From positions 1,950,001 to 1,982,000 of the forward strand of contig NC_017448.1 of assembly GCF_000146505.1 (NCBI RefSeq): a DNA stretch of 32,000 nucleotides. Direction: 5' to 3'. The translations under genes and the position numbers were made by a program. Shown piece after piece: positions 23,028-32,000 of this stretch; the stretch's first letter is position 1; each line of letters starts with the position of its first letter. Below the pieces are notes generated by a model that was given only the letters and a program-made list of their open reading frames with translations, was not told the DNA's origin and did no database searches. The DNA comes from Fibrobacter succinogenes subsp. succinogenes S85 (GTDB taxonomy: Bacteria > Fibrobacterota > Fibrobacteria > Fibrobacterales > Fibrobacteraceae).

Positions 23028-24048
23028 AGAAAGACCAGTTCTGCGGATTAAAATCTAGCAAATCATCGGTGAATTCACCCTTCGCCTTCGCCTTAATCTT
23101 CTGCATTAAGGACTCGTTGAAATCCTTTGCCACGTTCTGGCCGCTCATCTTCATAAGGGCGTTCATCGCAATGACTTCAGAAATCACGGTCATGTTCTTG
23201 CCGGGCGCCACAGGCAACACCACCTTCGGGATGTTCACGCCCATGACGTTTTCTTCCATCTCGTTTAAGCCAGTGCGTTCGTACGAGACGTCTTGACGCC
23301 ACTGCTGGAGCTCGACAATCATTTCAATTTTCTTGACTTTGCGAATCGCGTGGATACCGAACATCGAACGAATGTCCAAGATGCCAACACCGCGAATTTC
23401 CATATGATGACAGATCAGCGGATCCGGACGGCCAATAATCGACTTGCCCACATGGCTGATATGAACCACATCGTCTGCCACCATGCGATGTCCGCTTTCA
23501 ACAAGGTCAAGCACGCATTCGGACTTACCAACGTTACTTTCACCCACGTAAAGCATGCCCACACCATACACATCCACAAGGCTTCCGTGAATAATGGCAT
23601 GCGGAGCAAAGAACTCGTCAAGAATTCTCTGGCTTATCTTGAAAAATTCAAAAGTGTGGAGCGTCGTCGAGAACAGCGGGATGTGCAAACGGTTGCACAT
23701 ATTCCTAAGTTCATCGTGCGGAGTCTGTGCATGCGTCACGACCCACATCGGAGCACGGAATACAGACAAGTTCTCAAAAATTTTCGCACGCGCTTCAGGG
23801 CCGACCGACTCGAGGTAATTCCATTCCGTATGTCCAATGACCTGAATCTGCTGCGAACTATAAACTTTAGTATAACCAGCCATGGCAAGGCCAGGGCGGT
23901 GGATTCCGCTTTCTTCGATGCAGGATTCCATATCCTCATCGGGGCAATGTTGCACCATCTGCAAATCTTTGCCGTAGCGGATAAAAAAGTCCCGCACCGG
24001 GAAGCGTTCCCGGTGCAGGATCTTGATGTCATTTAATCTATCAGCCAT
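23020..24048 (-). CDS. hprK: HPr kinase/phosphorylase
   Basis: 342 aa. It has the P-loop GESNVGKSE and the HprK signature region HRMVADDVV...MEIRGVGILDI. Confidence 0.85.
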   Translation of the reverse strand: MADRLNDIKILHRERFPVRDFFIRYGKDLQMVQHCPDEDMESCIEESGIHRPGLAMAGYTKVYSSQQIQVIGHTEWNYLESVGPEARAKIFENLSVFRAPMWVVTHAQTPHDELRNMCNRLHIPLFSTTLHTFEFFKISQRILDEFFAPHAIIHGSLVDVYGVGMLYVGESNVGKSECVLDLVESGHRMVADDVVHISHVGKSIIGRPDPLICHHMEIRGVGILDIRSMFGIHAIRKVKKIEMIVELQQWRQDVSYERTGLNEMEENVMGVNIPKVVLPVAPGKNMTVISEVIAMNALMKMSGQNVAKDFNESLMQKIKAKAKGEFTDDLLDFNPQNWSFYE

Positions 24049-24365
24049 TAGGTGAGTTCAGAAACCGGCTGAGATCTGTGATCGTTCTGCTTGTCGTTGG
24101 CCTTCTTGAGCTGGACCTTGATACGTTCAAGCGTTACGTCAACAGCCTTGCCCATGTTTTCTTCGTCAGCAGAAGCGACAATGACGGAACCTGTGATGTT
24201 GACAGAAATTTCGCAATGACGCTGGTGTTCAACTTCGTGGTCAAGAATTACAGAGGCGCTAGTGATATTCGGGTAAAATTTGGCCAACTTATCCATTTCT
24301 TCCTGAATACGGTCCTGAAGACCTGCCGATGCGTTAAAATGACGAGCAGAAAACTGAATATCCAT
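24048..24365 (-). CDS. hpf: Ribosome hibernation promoting factor (short HPF/RaiA, sigma-54 modulation protein family)
   Basis: 105 aa starting MDIQFSARHFNASAGLQDRIQEEMDKLAKFY, typical of HPF. It lies downstream of rpoN, as in many Gram-negative bacteria. A GGAGG Shine-Dalgarno is present. Confidence 0.85.
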   Translation of the reverse strand: MDIQFSARHFNASAGLQDRIQEEMDKLAKFYPNITSASVILDHEVEHQRHCEISVNITGSVIVASADEENMGKAVDVTLERIKVQLKKANDKQNDHRSQPVSELT

Positions 24366-24550
24366 GATAAACCTCCGTATGTTAATGTTAAGATATATTT
24401 ACGTTTAAAAACTCTTTGGAACTTGCGTTCCGCAATTAAAGTATATACATCTTTTTTTTTCAAAAGTCCACAACTAAATTGGATTTTGCAAAAAAAATTC
24501 GTTCCATCTTGGAATATTTGCTATAGCGAATTGCCGAAATTTCGCTTTTT

Positions 24551-26182
24551 TTAGCGCTTTCTTTGGTTCTTTGGCAAAATCTTGAGCTCTTTTTCGCGAT
24601 ATTTGGCGACTGTACGGCGTGCCACCTTGATTCCCTGCTTCAAAAGCTCGTCGCTGATGTCCTGGTCGGAGAGCGGAGAGGACTTGTCTTCTTCGTCAAT
24701 AAGCGTCTTGATGGCGTCGATAATCTGCGCAGAACCCACTTCTTCGGCATCCGGAGCAGACCCCTGCTTGACACCGGACGTAAAGAATTGTTTAAGTTCG
24801 TACATGCCGTAAGGCGTTTCCACGTACTTCTGGTCAGTCGCGCGCTGTACCGTGCTCACCGCCAAATGGACATCGTCGGCGACATCCTGGAGGATCATCG
24901 GCTTAAGGAATGCGGGGCCGTTTTCGAAGAACCCGCGCTGACGCTTGACAATCGCACGCATCACAAGCTCAATCGTCGAGAAGCGGTTATCGACCGCCTT
25001 GATGAGGTCCGTCGCCTTCGCAAGCTGCGCCTTCACATATTCCTTGTCCTGCTTCGATGCAGACGGATCCGTGAGAATCGCCTTGTACGTCTGGTTGATG
25101 CGGAGAGACTTCTGCATCTTGGTCTTAAAGCAGACGACTTCGTAATTGCCCTTCTTTTCGACAACCTTCAAATCCGCATTGATAATGTGCGAATACGAAT
25201 GCGAAAGCTGGAAGCCCGGATGCGGGCGCAAACGCGAGAGGCTTGCGACAGCCGTCTTGACTTCATCGGCGGAAACGTTCAACGCCTTTGCAATTTTTGC
25301 ATAGCGGAGCTGCAAAAGATTCTCGTATTCTTCTTCGAGAATGCGGATAGCAAGGCTCGGGAAATTCGGGATGGCGTATGCCTGAATCAAGAAGCATTCA
25401 CGCTGGTCGCGGGCGCCAATGCCACTCGGCTTGAACGACTGCAAAACGTGAACCGCTTCGCGCACCGGGAGGCTTGCGTCTTCGAGCTTGAGTTCCCCAC
25501 GTAGCACGCGTTCAATCTCGTCAATGTACTTGTCGTCCGACTGGACGATCATCGCTTCAGATTCATTGTCGCGATTCACATCGCAAAGGAATCCATCGTC
25601 GTTAATGGAGTTGATGAGGTACTGGACCAACTTGCGGAAATGCTCTTCGGTCACGCCGTTTTCTTGAAGCTGTTCCTGCAATTCACGGGTGCCGTTCCAG
25701 AGGCGGAGCTGGTCTTCGAGCTGTTCCTGCAAGCTCTTGCCCACATCCTTGATCGGGCGGTCCCAATCTTCGTCCGGATCTTTCCCGCCTGAATTCAAAT
25801 CGTTAAAGGGAGCGTCATCGTACGATGTGCCATCGCCCAAATAGCTATCCCAGTTCACATCCGAAGATTCGCCGTCGAGGTAACTGCTATCGACATCGGC
25901 GGTATCGTCTAGGGAACCGCGAGCCATGTCCTCGATATCATCGGGAAGGTCATCCGAATCTGCACGCGGGTCAAGTTCTTCCGGGTCCTTGTCAACGGAA
26001 ACATCCTGATCGTCAAAGTCACCATCGTCCACTTCCAAAAGCGGATTGACTTCGACTTCTTCCTTGATGGCGGTTTCCAGTTCCTGCGAAGTTTTCTGAA
26101 GCATCTTCACAGACTGGAGAAGCGCAGGAGATAAAGTCTGTTCCTGCGTCTGTCCAATATTTGCCTGCATTCCAAGATTCAT
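24551..26182 (-). CDS. rpoN: RNA polymerase sigma-54 factor
   Basis: 543 aa. Region I reads LSPALLQSVKMLQKTSQELETAIKEEVEVNPLLE, region II is long and acidic, and the C-terminal RpoN box is ARRTVAKYRE. Confidence 0.93.
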   Translation of the reverse strand: MNLGMQANIGQTQEQTLSPALLQSVKMLQKTSQELETAIKEEVEVNPLLEVDDGDFDDQDVSVDKDPEELDPRADSDDLPDDIEDMARGSLDDTADVDSSYLDGESSDVNWDSYLGDGTSYDDAPFNDLNSGGKDPDEDWDRPIKDVGKSLQEQLEDQLRLWNGTRELQEQLQENGVTEEHFRKLVQYLINSINDDGFLCDVNRDNESEAMIVQSDDKYIDEIERVLRGELKLEDASLPVREAVHVLQSFKPSGIGARDQRECFLIQAYAIPNFPSLAIRILEEEYENLLQLRYAKIAKALNVSADEVKTAVASLSRLRPHPGFQLSHSYSHIINADLKVVEKKGNYEVVCFKTKMQKSLRINQTYKAILTDPSASKQDKEYVKAQLAKATDLIKAVDNRFSTIELVMRAIVKRQRGFFENGPAFLKPMILQDVADDVHLAVSTVQRATDQKYVETPYGMYELKQFFTSGVKQGSAPDAEEVGSAQIIDAIKTLIDEEDKSSPLSDQDISDELLKQGIKVARRTVAKYREKELKILPKNQRKR

Positions 26183-26190
26183 AATAACTC

Positions 26191-26928
26191 CTAATCCAAG
26201 CGGAAAGAATCACCGAGATAAATGCGACGTGCTTCCGGATCTTCGGCCAAGTGTTGCGAAGAACCTTCCGTGAGCACCTGGCTCTTGTACATAATATAGG
26301 CGCGGTCCGTAATAGAAAGCGTTTCGCGCACATTGTGGTCCGTGATGAGCACGCCCATGCCGCGATCCTTGAGTTCCGAAATGATGGACTGGATGTCGGC
26401 AACGGCAATCGGGTCAATGCCCGCAAACGGTTCGTCGAGCAAGAGGAACGAGGGGTCGCTTGCAAGTGCTCGCGCAATTTCCAAGCGGCGGCGTTCGCCA
26501 CCAGAGCAGCTCATGGATTTTGTCTTGCGGATGTGCGTGATCTTGAATTCTTCAAGGAGCTGTTCCAACTTCTTTTTGCGCTCGGCACGTTTCATGTCTT
26601 GCGTTTCGAGAATCGCCATAATGTTGTCTTCAACGGAGAGTTTGCGGAAGATGGAAGCTTCTTGTGGGAGGTAACCCACACCGAGACGAGCGCGCTTGTA
26701 CATCGGCTTGTCCGTCATCTCAATATCGTCCAAGAAGATGTGGCCTGCATCCGGGCGGACCATGCCCACAATCATGTAGAATGTGGTCGTCTTGCCGGCA
26801 CCGTTCGGACCGAGGAGCCCGACGATTTCGCCCTGCGAAACTTGGATGGAGACATCGCTCACCACCTGACGGTGGCCATAAATTTTGCGCAGCTTGTCGG
26901 TGCGTATCGTGCTAACCAAATTTTTCAC
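26191..26928 (-). CDS. lptB: LPS export ABC transporter ATP-binding protein
   Basis: 245 aa with Walker [10 protein letters not shown], signature CSGGERRR and Walker [12 protein letters not shown]. It is positioned between the lptA-like gene and rpoN. Confidence 0.9.
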   Translation of the reverse strand: MKNLVSTIRTDKLRKIYGHRQVVSDVSIQVSQGEIVGLLGPNGAGKTTTFYMIVGMVRPDAGHIFLDDIEMTDKPMYKRARLGVGYLPQEASIFRKLSVEDNIMAILETQDMKRAERKKKLEQLLEEFKITHIRKTKSMSCSGGERRRLEIARALASDPSFLLLDEPFAGIDPIAVADIQSIISELKDRGMGVLITDHNVRETLSITDRAYIMYKSQVLTEGSSQHLAEDPEARRIYLGDSFRLD

Positions 26929-28268
26929 TGTGCGTCCTCCGTTTTCGCAGTTTCGTCCGCCGGCTTACCCTTTTCTCTACGGCGGTTGAAAAGACCTCTC
27001 AACTTTTTATCTTTCGCTGATTTCTTTATCGTCGTCGAATCGCTTTCTGTCAAGTTCTTCTTTGAACTTTTTTCTTTTGCGGCAAGCGAATCAAGCCTTG
27101 CGAGCGAATCCTTCTTGGCATTTTCCGCAATGCGGTTTGCCTTTTCCAAGTCGATAAATCGCCCACTGGCATTTGTCTTTCTGCCCATGAGCTTGAGCGA
27201 CTTCACCGCGTTCTTTTGAGCATCGAACAAAATGTGAATCGTGTCACCCGTCGCTTCGTTCTTACCAGAAACAGTCCTATCCTTTTTCACGTAGAAGTAG
27301 GTGCTCTGCGCCTTGCCTGAAACAATTGCGCGGTCCATGCGACCCTTTTTAAAATACAAATCGAGACGGTCGCCGTCCATCAAATTGCGGTAATCCTTCA
27401 AGTCCGTTTCGTAGAAAAATCCCTTGGCGTTTACGTTCACGTAAAGGCGCTCAATTTTTCCTTTTTTGAATTCGCAGTAGAGCGTATCGCCGAAGGCTTC
27501 GGTCACGTTACCGGGATTGCCACGTTTCGGAGCTTCGTTCTGGATGCCGTGTGCGTTGCGAATCACGAGTGCGGACTTGAGCATCTTGCCCGTTTCGTCA
27601 AGCACGAGGAAAATGGAGTCGCCCGTGAGGTGGTAATTCTTCATATCGCAAGTCGGGTGGCCCTTCATGCTGAGCCAATTATCTTTGCGATTAAAGTAAC
27701 CCGTATCGCAAGTGACCACGAGATCTTTCTGTGTGAGCTTCACATCTTGAAAGGCTTGCGCAAAGCTGTTCTTCTTGTCGAAAATGAGGGAGCGCGAAGA
27801 AATCGTTACGGTATCAATCGTACCATTTTTCTGCTTTTCGTACTGATAAAGTCTCGGCGACATCGGAATTGTCACGATGTCTTCTTTGCGGTCGTACTTG
27901 AGGTACTGACCGGTCATGAGGTAGTTGCCTGCGGAATCGCCTGCGCTCACTTCGCCAGAGGCAATCGCAATTTCGCTTTTTCTTTGATAAGAGCCGTTCC
28001 TTGCGCGCACGAATCCGGACGGATGCGTGAAGAGGAACCCGCCGCCACATTCAACCGTTTCGGTATTGCGGTTCCAAGAAGCGCGCTGCGTCTTGAAAGC
28101 AACGCTGTCATGGACAAAGTGGACATTGCCGGTCAAGAGGAGAGTTCCGCGCTTGCGCGACACATCGAGGTTGTCAGCGTGGTACATGATGAGCGGCGAG
28201 GACTGCGCAAATGCGAGAGTAGCCGCAAGGAAGGTTGCAGCGATGAAGAGGAATGCGCGGAAATTCAT
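26925..28268 (-). CDS. OstA/LptA-like periplasmic protein (unusually long, Lys/Glu-rich C-terminal tail)
   Basis: 447 aa with signal peptide ...TLAFA/QSS and beta-rich OstA-like sequence ([25 protein letters not shown]...). It overlaps lptB by 4 nt and sits in the conserved lptC-lptA-lptB position. Confidence 0.65.
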   Translation of the reverse strand: MNFRAFLFIAATFLAATLAFAQSSPLIMYHADNLDVSRKRGTLLLTGNVHFVHDSVAFKTQRASWNRNTETVECGGGFLFTHPSGFVRARNGSYQRKSEIAIASGEVSAGDSAGNYLMTGQYLKYDRKEDIVTIPMSPRLYQYEKQKNGTIDTVTISSRSLIFDKKNSFAQAFQDVKLTQKDLVVTCDTGYFNRKDNWLSMKGHPTCDMKNYHLTGDSIFLVLDETGKMLKSALVIRNAHGIQNEAPKRGNPGNVTEAFGDTLYCEFKKGKIERLYVNVNAKGFFYETDLKDYRNLMDGDRLDLYFKKGRMDRAIVSGKAQSTYFYVKKDRTVSGKNEATGDTIHILFDAQKNAVKSLKLMGRKTNASGRFIDLEKANRIAENAKKDSLARLDSLAAKEKSSKKNLTESDSTTIKKSAKDKKLRGLFNRRREKGKPADETAKTEDAQ

Positions 28269-29068
28269 TACGGCATCCCTGCCTTTGGCCTAAACGGGAG
28301 ACCGCGTGGCGGAGCCTTCCTGGACGGTGACGAGGCGGGCTTTGCAGCCTGCGACGACGAGGACGGCGGATTGCTTAGACGTTCCGCCTCAGCCTGTCGT
28401 TTGTCTTCATCCTTCATACGTTTTGCCGCATCTTGGAAAATACCCGTCACGTTAGAAAGAATTTTCCAGTTGTCAAACTGCGCATCGCTTTCAAAACCGA
28501 CACCTTGCAACACGTCGCCGTCTTCGGAGACAACGCGCACATAGCTTGCGGTTCTGACCAAATTATCCTTCTTGTTCCAGAGGAGCGAATCGGCACGAAC
28601 CGAGGCGCCCTTCGGAGTCAGCGCATAAACGTGGCCGTAAGCGTAAACGTACGTGAACGTCATGTCGAGACTGCCGGAGTCCGCACGCAGAAACGCCACG
28701 CGCTCGCCAATGGAATCGTAAATGTCCACGAACACCGGACGCACCGTCACGATTTCCTTGTCGGCCCAGCGTTCCAGATAAGCGGTTTTCAGGCGCCAGT
28801 TGAGCACGCCCTTATCGTAGCTGTCGAGAAGAGTCGTATCGGTAAAGAGCATCTGCGGGCGCTCGACACGAATCCAAGGCTTGGGTTCTTCGATTTCTTC
28901 GCAACCAAGCAAAAATGCAGCTAGAATGGCACATGCGAAAACGCCCCACAAGCGAGATGCTTTGCGGGATACTTTGCAAGATGCGAGGGACGCATAACGG
29001 GATGCCGCCGAGCAAGATGCCGGCGCAAGCGCATTCTTTATGTTCTGCAAAAATTGTGCCACAAACAC
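28268..29068 (-). CDS. LptC-like protein (membrane- or lipid-anchored, Pro/Ser-rich C-terminal tail)
   Basis: 266 aa. The hydrophobic segment LWGVFACAILAAFLLGC ends in a lipobox-like LLGC and is followed by a beta-rich domain. The assignment rests on position upstream of lptA-lptB. The GTG start at 29068 is uncertain. Confidence 0.55.
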   Translation of the reverse strand: MFVAQFLQNIKNALAPASCSAASRYASLASCKVSRKASRLWGVFACAILAAFLLGCEEIEEPKPWIRVERPQMLFTDTTLLDSYDKGVLNWRLKTAYLERWADKEIVTVRPVFVDIYDSIGERVAFLRADSGSLDMTFTYVYAYGHVYALTPKGASVRADSLLWNKKDNLVRTASYVRVVSEDGDVLQGVGFESDAQFDNWKILSNVTGIFQDAAKRMKDEDKRQAEAERLSNPPSSSSQAAKPASSPSRKAPPRGLPFRPKAGMP

Positions 29069-29196
29069 AAATTACAAATATAAAAGCACGTTATTTAAGG
29101 TTTTCTCGGAAATTTGAGGGAATTTGGGCGTATTTCTTGGGGAGAAAGGTACAAGGGTTGTACAATCCGACACACAAATGAAAAATAACTGACGCT

Positions 29197-29230
29197 AAAA
29201 AAAGGCGACCCCGGCACAGTGGCCGGGGTG
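29197..29230 (-). terminator. Intrinsic terminator after iorB
   Basis: In minus-strand RNA, ACCCCGGC-CACUGU-GCCGGGGU forms a hairpin (29208-29229), followed by a U-rich stretch (CGCCUUUUUUU). Confidence 0.75.
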
Positions 29231-29258
29231 ACATTGTAAAGGCGAGAGCCTTTGTTAC

Positions 29259-29732
29259 TTAGCCTTCGCGGCCGAGCATGAATGCCTTCTTGTTGCCTTC
29301 GTGGAACTTTTCGGCAAAGAGCTTGTTCAAAGCGACCATCCACTGATCGACGGTGAAGTCAAAGTACTTGGAGAGCTTGCCGAGCATGGCGACGTTCAAA
29401 GCCTTCACGTTTTCGAGCTTCGAAACATCGATGTCGGCCGGCGTGAGGAGCACGCCACCCTGCTTCATGTAGGCTTCGTTCACGACAACCTGCGTCTCGT
29501 CAAAGACGACGAGGTAGTCGGCTTCGCCGCACGGGATCATCGGGGACTGCACTTCTTCATCTTTTGCAAAACGCACGTCAGAAGCGATGGAACCGCCGCG
29601 CTGGCTCATGCCATGGACTTCAGCTTTCTTCACGTCGTAACCTTGTTCGAAAACGAGTTCGGCCATCACGTCACTAGCCTTGATAACGCCTGTGCCACCG
29701 AGGCCTGCAAATTTAACGTTCATTACGCTCAT
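29259..29732 (-). CDS. iorB: Indolepyruvate/2-oxoacid:ferredoxin oxidoreductase, beta (gamma-domain) subunit
   Basis: 157 aa. The block NVKFAGLGGTGVIKASDVMAELVFEQGYDVKKAEVHGMSQRGGS is typical of the POR-gamma/IorB family. It lies directly downstream of iorA. Confidence 0.8.
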   Translation of the reverse strand: MSVMNVKFAGLGGTGVIKASDVMAELVFEQGYDVKKAEVHGMSQRGGSIASDVRFAKDEEVQSPMIPCGEADYLVVFDETQVVVNEAYMKQGGVLLTPADIDVSKLENVKALNVAMLGKLSKYFDFTVDQWMVALNKLFAEKFHEGNKKAFMLGREG

Positions 29733-29750
29733 AATTATTCAACCTCTCTA

Positions 29751-31419
29751 TTAAAAGTTATTGTTCTTCTTGGCAGCGGCTTCCGCTTCGGCAAGTGCCT
29801 TTTCGGCCTTTTCCTTGTTTGCCTTGTCCCAGGCAAGGATGCTCTTGAGGGCGAGAATGCAGGGGCTCTTAGCAACGATAAGCGTGAGTTCGTCCTTTTC
29901 GAGGGATTCCTTCACGAGACGCTTGAATTCTTCCGGTTCCTTGACCTGGTTCACTTCGTAGACGTTGTCGAAACCGGCGACCTTCGCGACTTCCTTGTAG
30001 TCAATCTTGTATGCCGGAGAGTGGTCGAGGTGACGGCCCGTACCCGGGTGTTCCTGCTGACCGGTCATAGCGGTAATGCTGTTGTCGAGAATGACGACGA
30101 CGTGGCCAGTTTCCGGACGGTTATAACCCGCTTCCACAAGGCCGGTGATGCCACTGTGAACAAACGTAGAGTCGCCAATCACGGAGACAACGCGCTTTGC
30201 CTGTTCGCGCGGGAGCACGTTACGGAGACCGATACCCATACCGATTGCGGCACCCATGTCAATCATGTAGTCCATGGCGCTGATGGGCGGGAGAGCGGCC
30301 AGCGTGTAGCAGCCGATGTCACCGGAAACGATGCAGTCGAGTTCCTTGAGAACTGCGAAGGAACTGCGGTGCGGGCAGCCCGGGCAGAGCATAGGCGGCT
30401 TACCCTTGACCGGAACCGGATCCGGGTTCTTGTCGCCAGCGATAATGCGGCGGACGCGGTTCACGTCGAGTTCACCAAAGCGGAAAATCGGGTCAAACTT
30501 GCTTTCGCACTGGATGCCAGCGGCCTTGATGTTTTCAGCAAGCCACGGGTCGTTTTCTTCGATGACCATGAGGCGCTTGCCTTCGAACTTCTTCGCGAAA
30601 TCCTTGATGAGCTGCATCGGCAGCGGGTAGGTCATACCGAGCTTGAGGATGCTTGCTTCCGGGGCGGCTTCGCGAACGTGGTGGTAGCTGATGCCGCTCA
30701 CGATGATACCGAAATCAGCGCTACGCATTTCGACCTTGTTCGGGCCTTCAGCAACGTTCCATGCTTCCATTTCGTCCATCTTGGCGCGGAGGCGACGGCC
30801 AGCCGGCTTCGAGAATCCCGGCACCATCACATGCTGTGCGATGTTGCGTTCAAAGTTCGGCACCATTGCCGGGAGTTCTTCCTTCGGCACGACGATGGAC
30901 TTGGAATGGTCCACGCGGGTGGTCATGCGGAGGATGACAGGAATCTTGAACTTTTCACTCGTCTGCATGGCGATGCGGAAGAAGTCGTAGGCTTCCTGGG
31001 AGTTGGACGGTTCGAACATCGGGCAAACGGATGCCTTGGCGTGGTTACGCGTATCCTGTTCGTTCTGGGAGCTGCCCTGACCCGGGTCATCGGCAACAAT
31101 CCACACCATGCCGCCATCAACACCCGTGTAAGTTGCAGTATAAAGAACATCACTTGCCACATTCAAGCCAACCATCTTCATGGTGACAACACTGCGGGCG
31201 TGTCCAAAAGCGGCACCGAGAGCGACTTCGGCAGCGACCTTTTCGTTCGGAGCCCACTGGGCATAGCCACCCAGTTCAGAGTAATCTTCCAAGATTTCGG
31301 TGGAAGGAGTTCCCCGGATAACCTGCGGCAAGCTGCACATTGCAATGACGCATGGAAAGGGAAATGGCTTCGTTGCCCGAAATCAGCATCTTTTTCGCAT
31401 TTGGATCAAAAGCTGGCAT
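29751..31419 (-). CDS. iorA: Indolepyruvate:ferredoxin oxidoreductase alpha subunit, with an apparent 1-nt insertion (frameshift) about 105 nt into the gene
   Basis: ORF track 29751..31340 starts inside the conserved GYPG-TPSTEI motif. A 47-codon ORF from ATG 31419 (MPAFDPNAKKMLISGNEAISLSMRHCNVQLAAGYPG...) supplies the missing N-terminus in another frame. An AAGGA Shine-Dalgarno and a TATATT -10 (plus-strand aatata at 31461-31466) lie upstream of 31419. The thiamine-diphosphate domain motifs CPGCPHR and GDIGCYTL are present. Confidence 0.8.
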
Positions 31420-31654
31420 GATATTCCTTTTTTGTTTTAATCGTTTTTTAAACGAACTGCAATATAGAAAAAAGGATTGCGCGGGATCCTCGCCGATCCT
31501 TGCAACAACACGTTTGGACTACATTTTCGTATTTATCAGTCGTAATCCAACACATCGATGTACTATCTAGCAGCCATTAAACAAAAAATCTACAAATCAA
31601 CACACTCAGCAAAATTGGTCTCGACCACTTCCTTTTTTGCTATATTACAACCAA

Positions 31655-32000
31655 ATGAATAATGAAAGAAAAACATTCTACACCTTTGCTGTTTTTGCAG
31701 CACTATTCCTCAACGGATGCGCATCTATCTTTTTCTCGACTTTGAATCTACAACATGTCACTGTCGTGGCTGATGACGATGACGCATACGACTTTTATGT
31801 AAATGGAATCCTTAAATGCGAAAATACGAACGAGTGTGACTTTTACCGTTCCACGATTTCGCGATGCCAGTTGACCATTGAAGCAAAAATTGACGAAGTA
31901 GTCTTGGGCACGGAAAAATATGGCTACTGGAAAGAATATTCCTTCATCGAGCAGATGTTTCGAAACAAGGATGATGACGAAAAGGAGAAGAAGTGCCCCG
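31655..32000 (+). CDS. Hypothetical lipoprotein (3'-truncated by the window edge)
   Basis: Read by hand: ATG at 31655 and open to the end of the window. It begins MNNERKTFYTFAVFAALFLNGCASIFF..., with lipobox LNGC. The mature part is rich in Asp and Cys. Confidence 0.5.
   Translation, partial: MNNERKTFYTFAVFAALFLNGCASIFFSTLNLQHVTVVADDDDAYDFYVNGILKCENTNECDFYRSTISRCQLTIEAKIDEVVLGTEKYGYWKEYSFIEQMFRNKDDDEKEKKCP

Noticed and set aside
24418-24431. Palindrome GGAAC-TTGC-GTTCC between rpoN and hpf, which could be an operator, a sigma-54 element or a terminator.
   Set aside because: The stem is only 5 bp, no U-run follows on the coding (minus) strand, and there is no GG-N10-GC arrangement. It could be a minor leader hairpin for hpf, but I cannot support a specific function.
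1-32000. Search for mobile elements, CRISPR arrays, defence systems, toxin-antitoxin pairs or prophage genes.
   Set aside because: I saw no transposase, integrase or recombinase-like ORFs. Apart from the in-frame 42-nt protein repeat, there are no regularly spaced direct repeats. There are no terminal inverted repeats and no small paired ORFs. The gene content is housekeeping genes plus a glycan-utilisation island.

Overview
This window looks like a chromosomal segment from a Gram-negative, fibre-degrading bacterium. By inference it is Fibrobacter-like (FCB group): about 50% GC, G/C-biased third codon positions, and secreted proteins ending in a Por/T9SS-type C-terminal sorting domain. Nothing here was checked against a database.

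Gene order, left to right:
- 1-2651: a membrane protein, an acyltransferase-3 enzyme and a BatD-like membrane protein.
- 2724-10204: a glycan-degradation island. A lipoprotein GH8 endoglucanase is followed by three tandem paralogs of a secreted protein of unknown function (the middle copy is frameshifted), then a divergently transcribed 744-aa GH5 cellulase. The paralogs and the GH5 share the same type of C-terminal sorting domain.
- 10632-16538: a five-gene Opp/Dpp-type ABC importer. Its first permease carries an unusual repeat plus poly-lysine insertion.
- 16755-18626: uvrC.
- 18800-20059: a ZapB-like protein expanded by 11 copies of a 14-aa repeat, then zapA.
- 20166-20331: a promoter-to-terminator unit I interpret as a candidate 6S RNA.
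- 20359-21402: a beta-lactamase-family serine hydrolase.
- 21504-29068: a long minus-strand housekeeping block, lptC-lptA-lptB-rpoN-hpf-hprK-MCE protein-dksA.
- 29259-31419: iorB and iorA. iorA has an apparent frameshift near its 5' end.
- 31655-32000: a partial lipoprotein gene.

I saw no tRNA, rRNA, CRISPR array, transposase or integrase.

The best candidate for a new system is the cellulase-flanked array of secreted paralogs together with the adjacent Opp-type transporter. Other items worth a second look are the 6S-like RNA, the repeat-expanded ZapB-like protein, the permease insertion and the two frameshifts.
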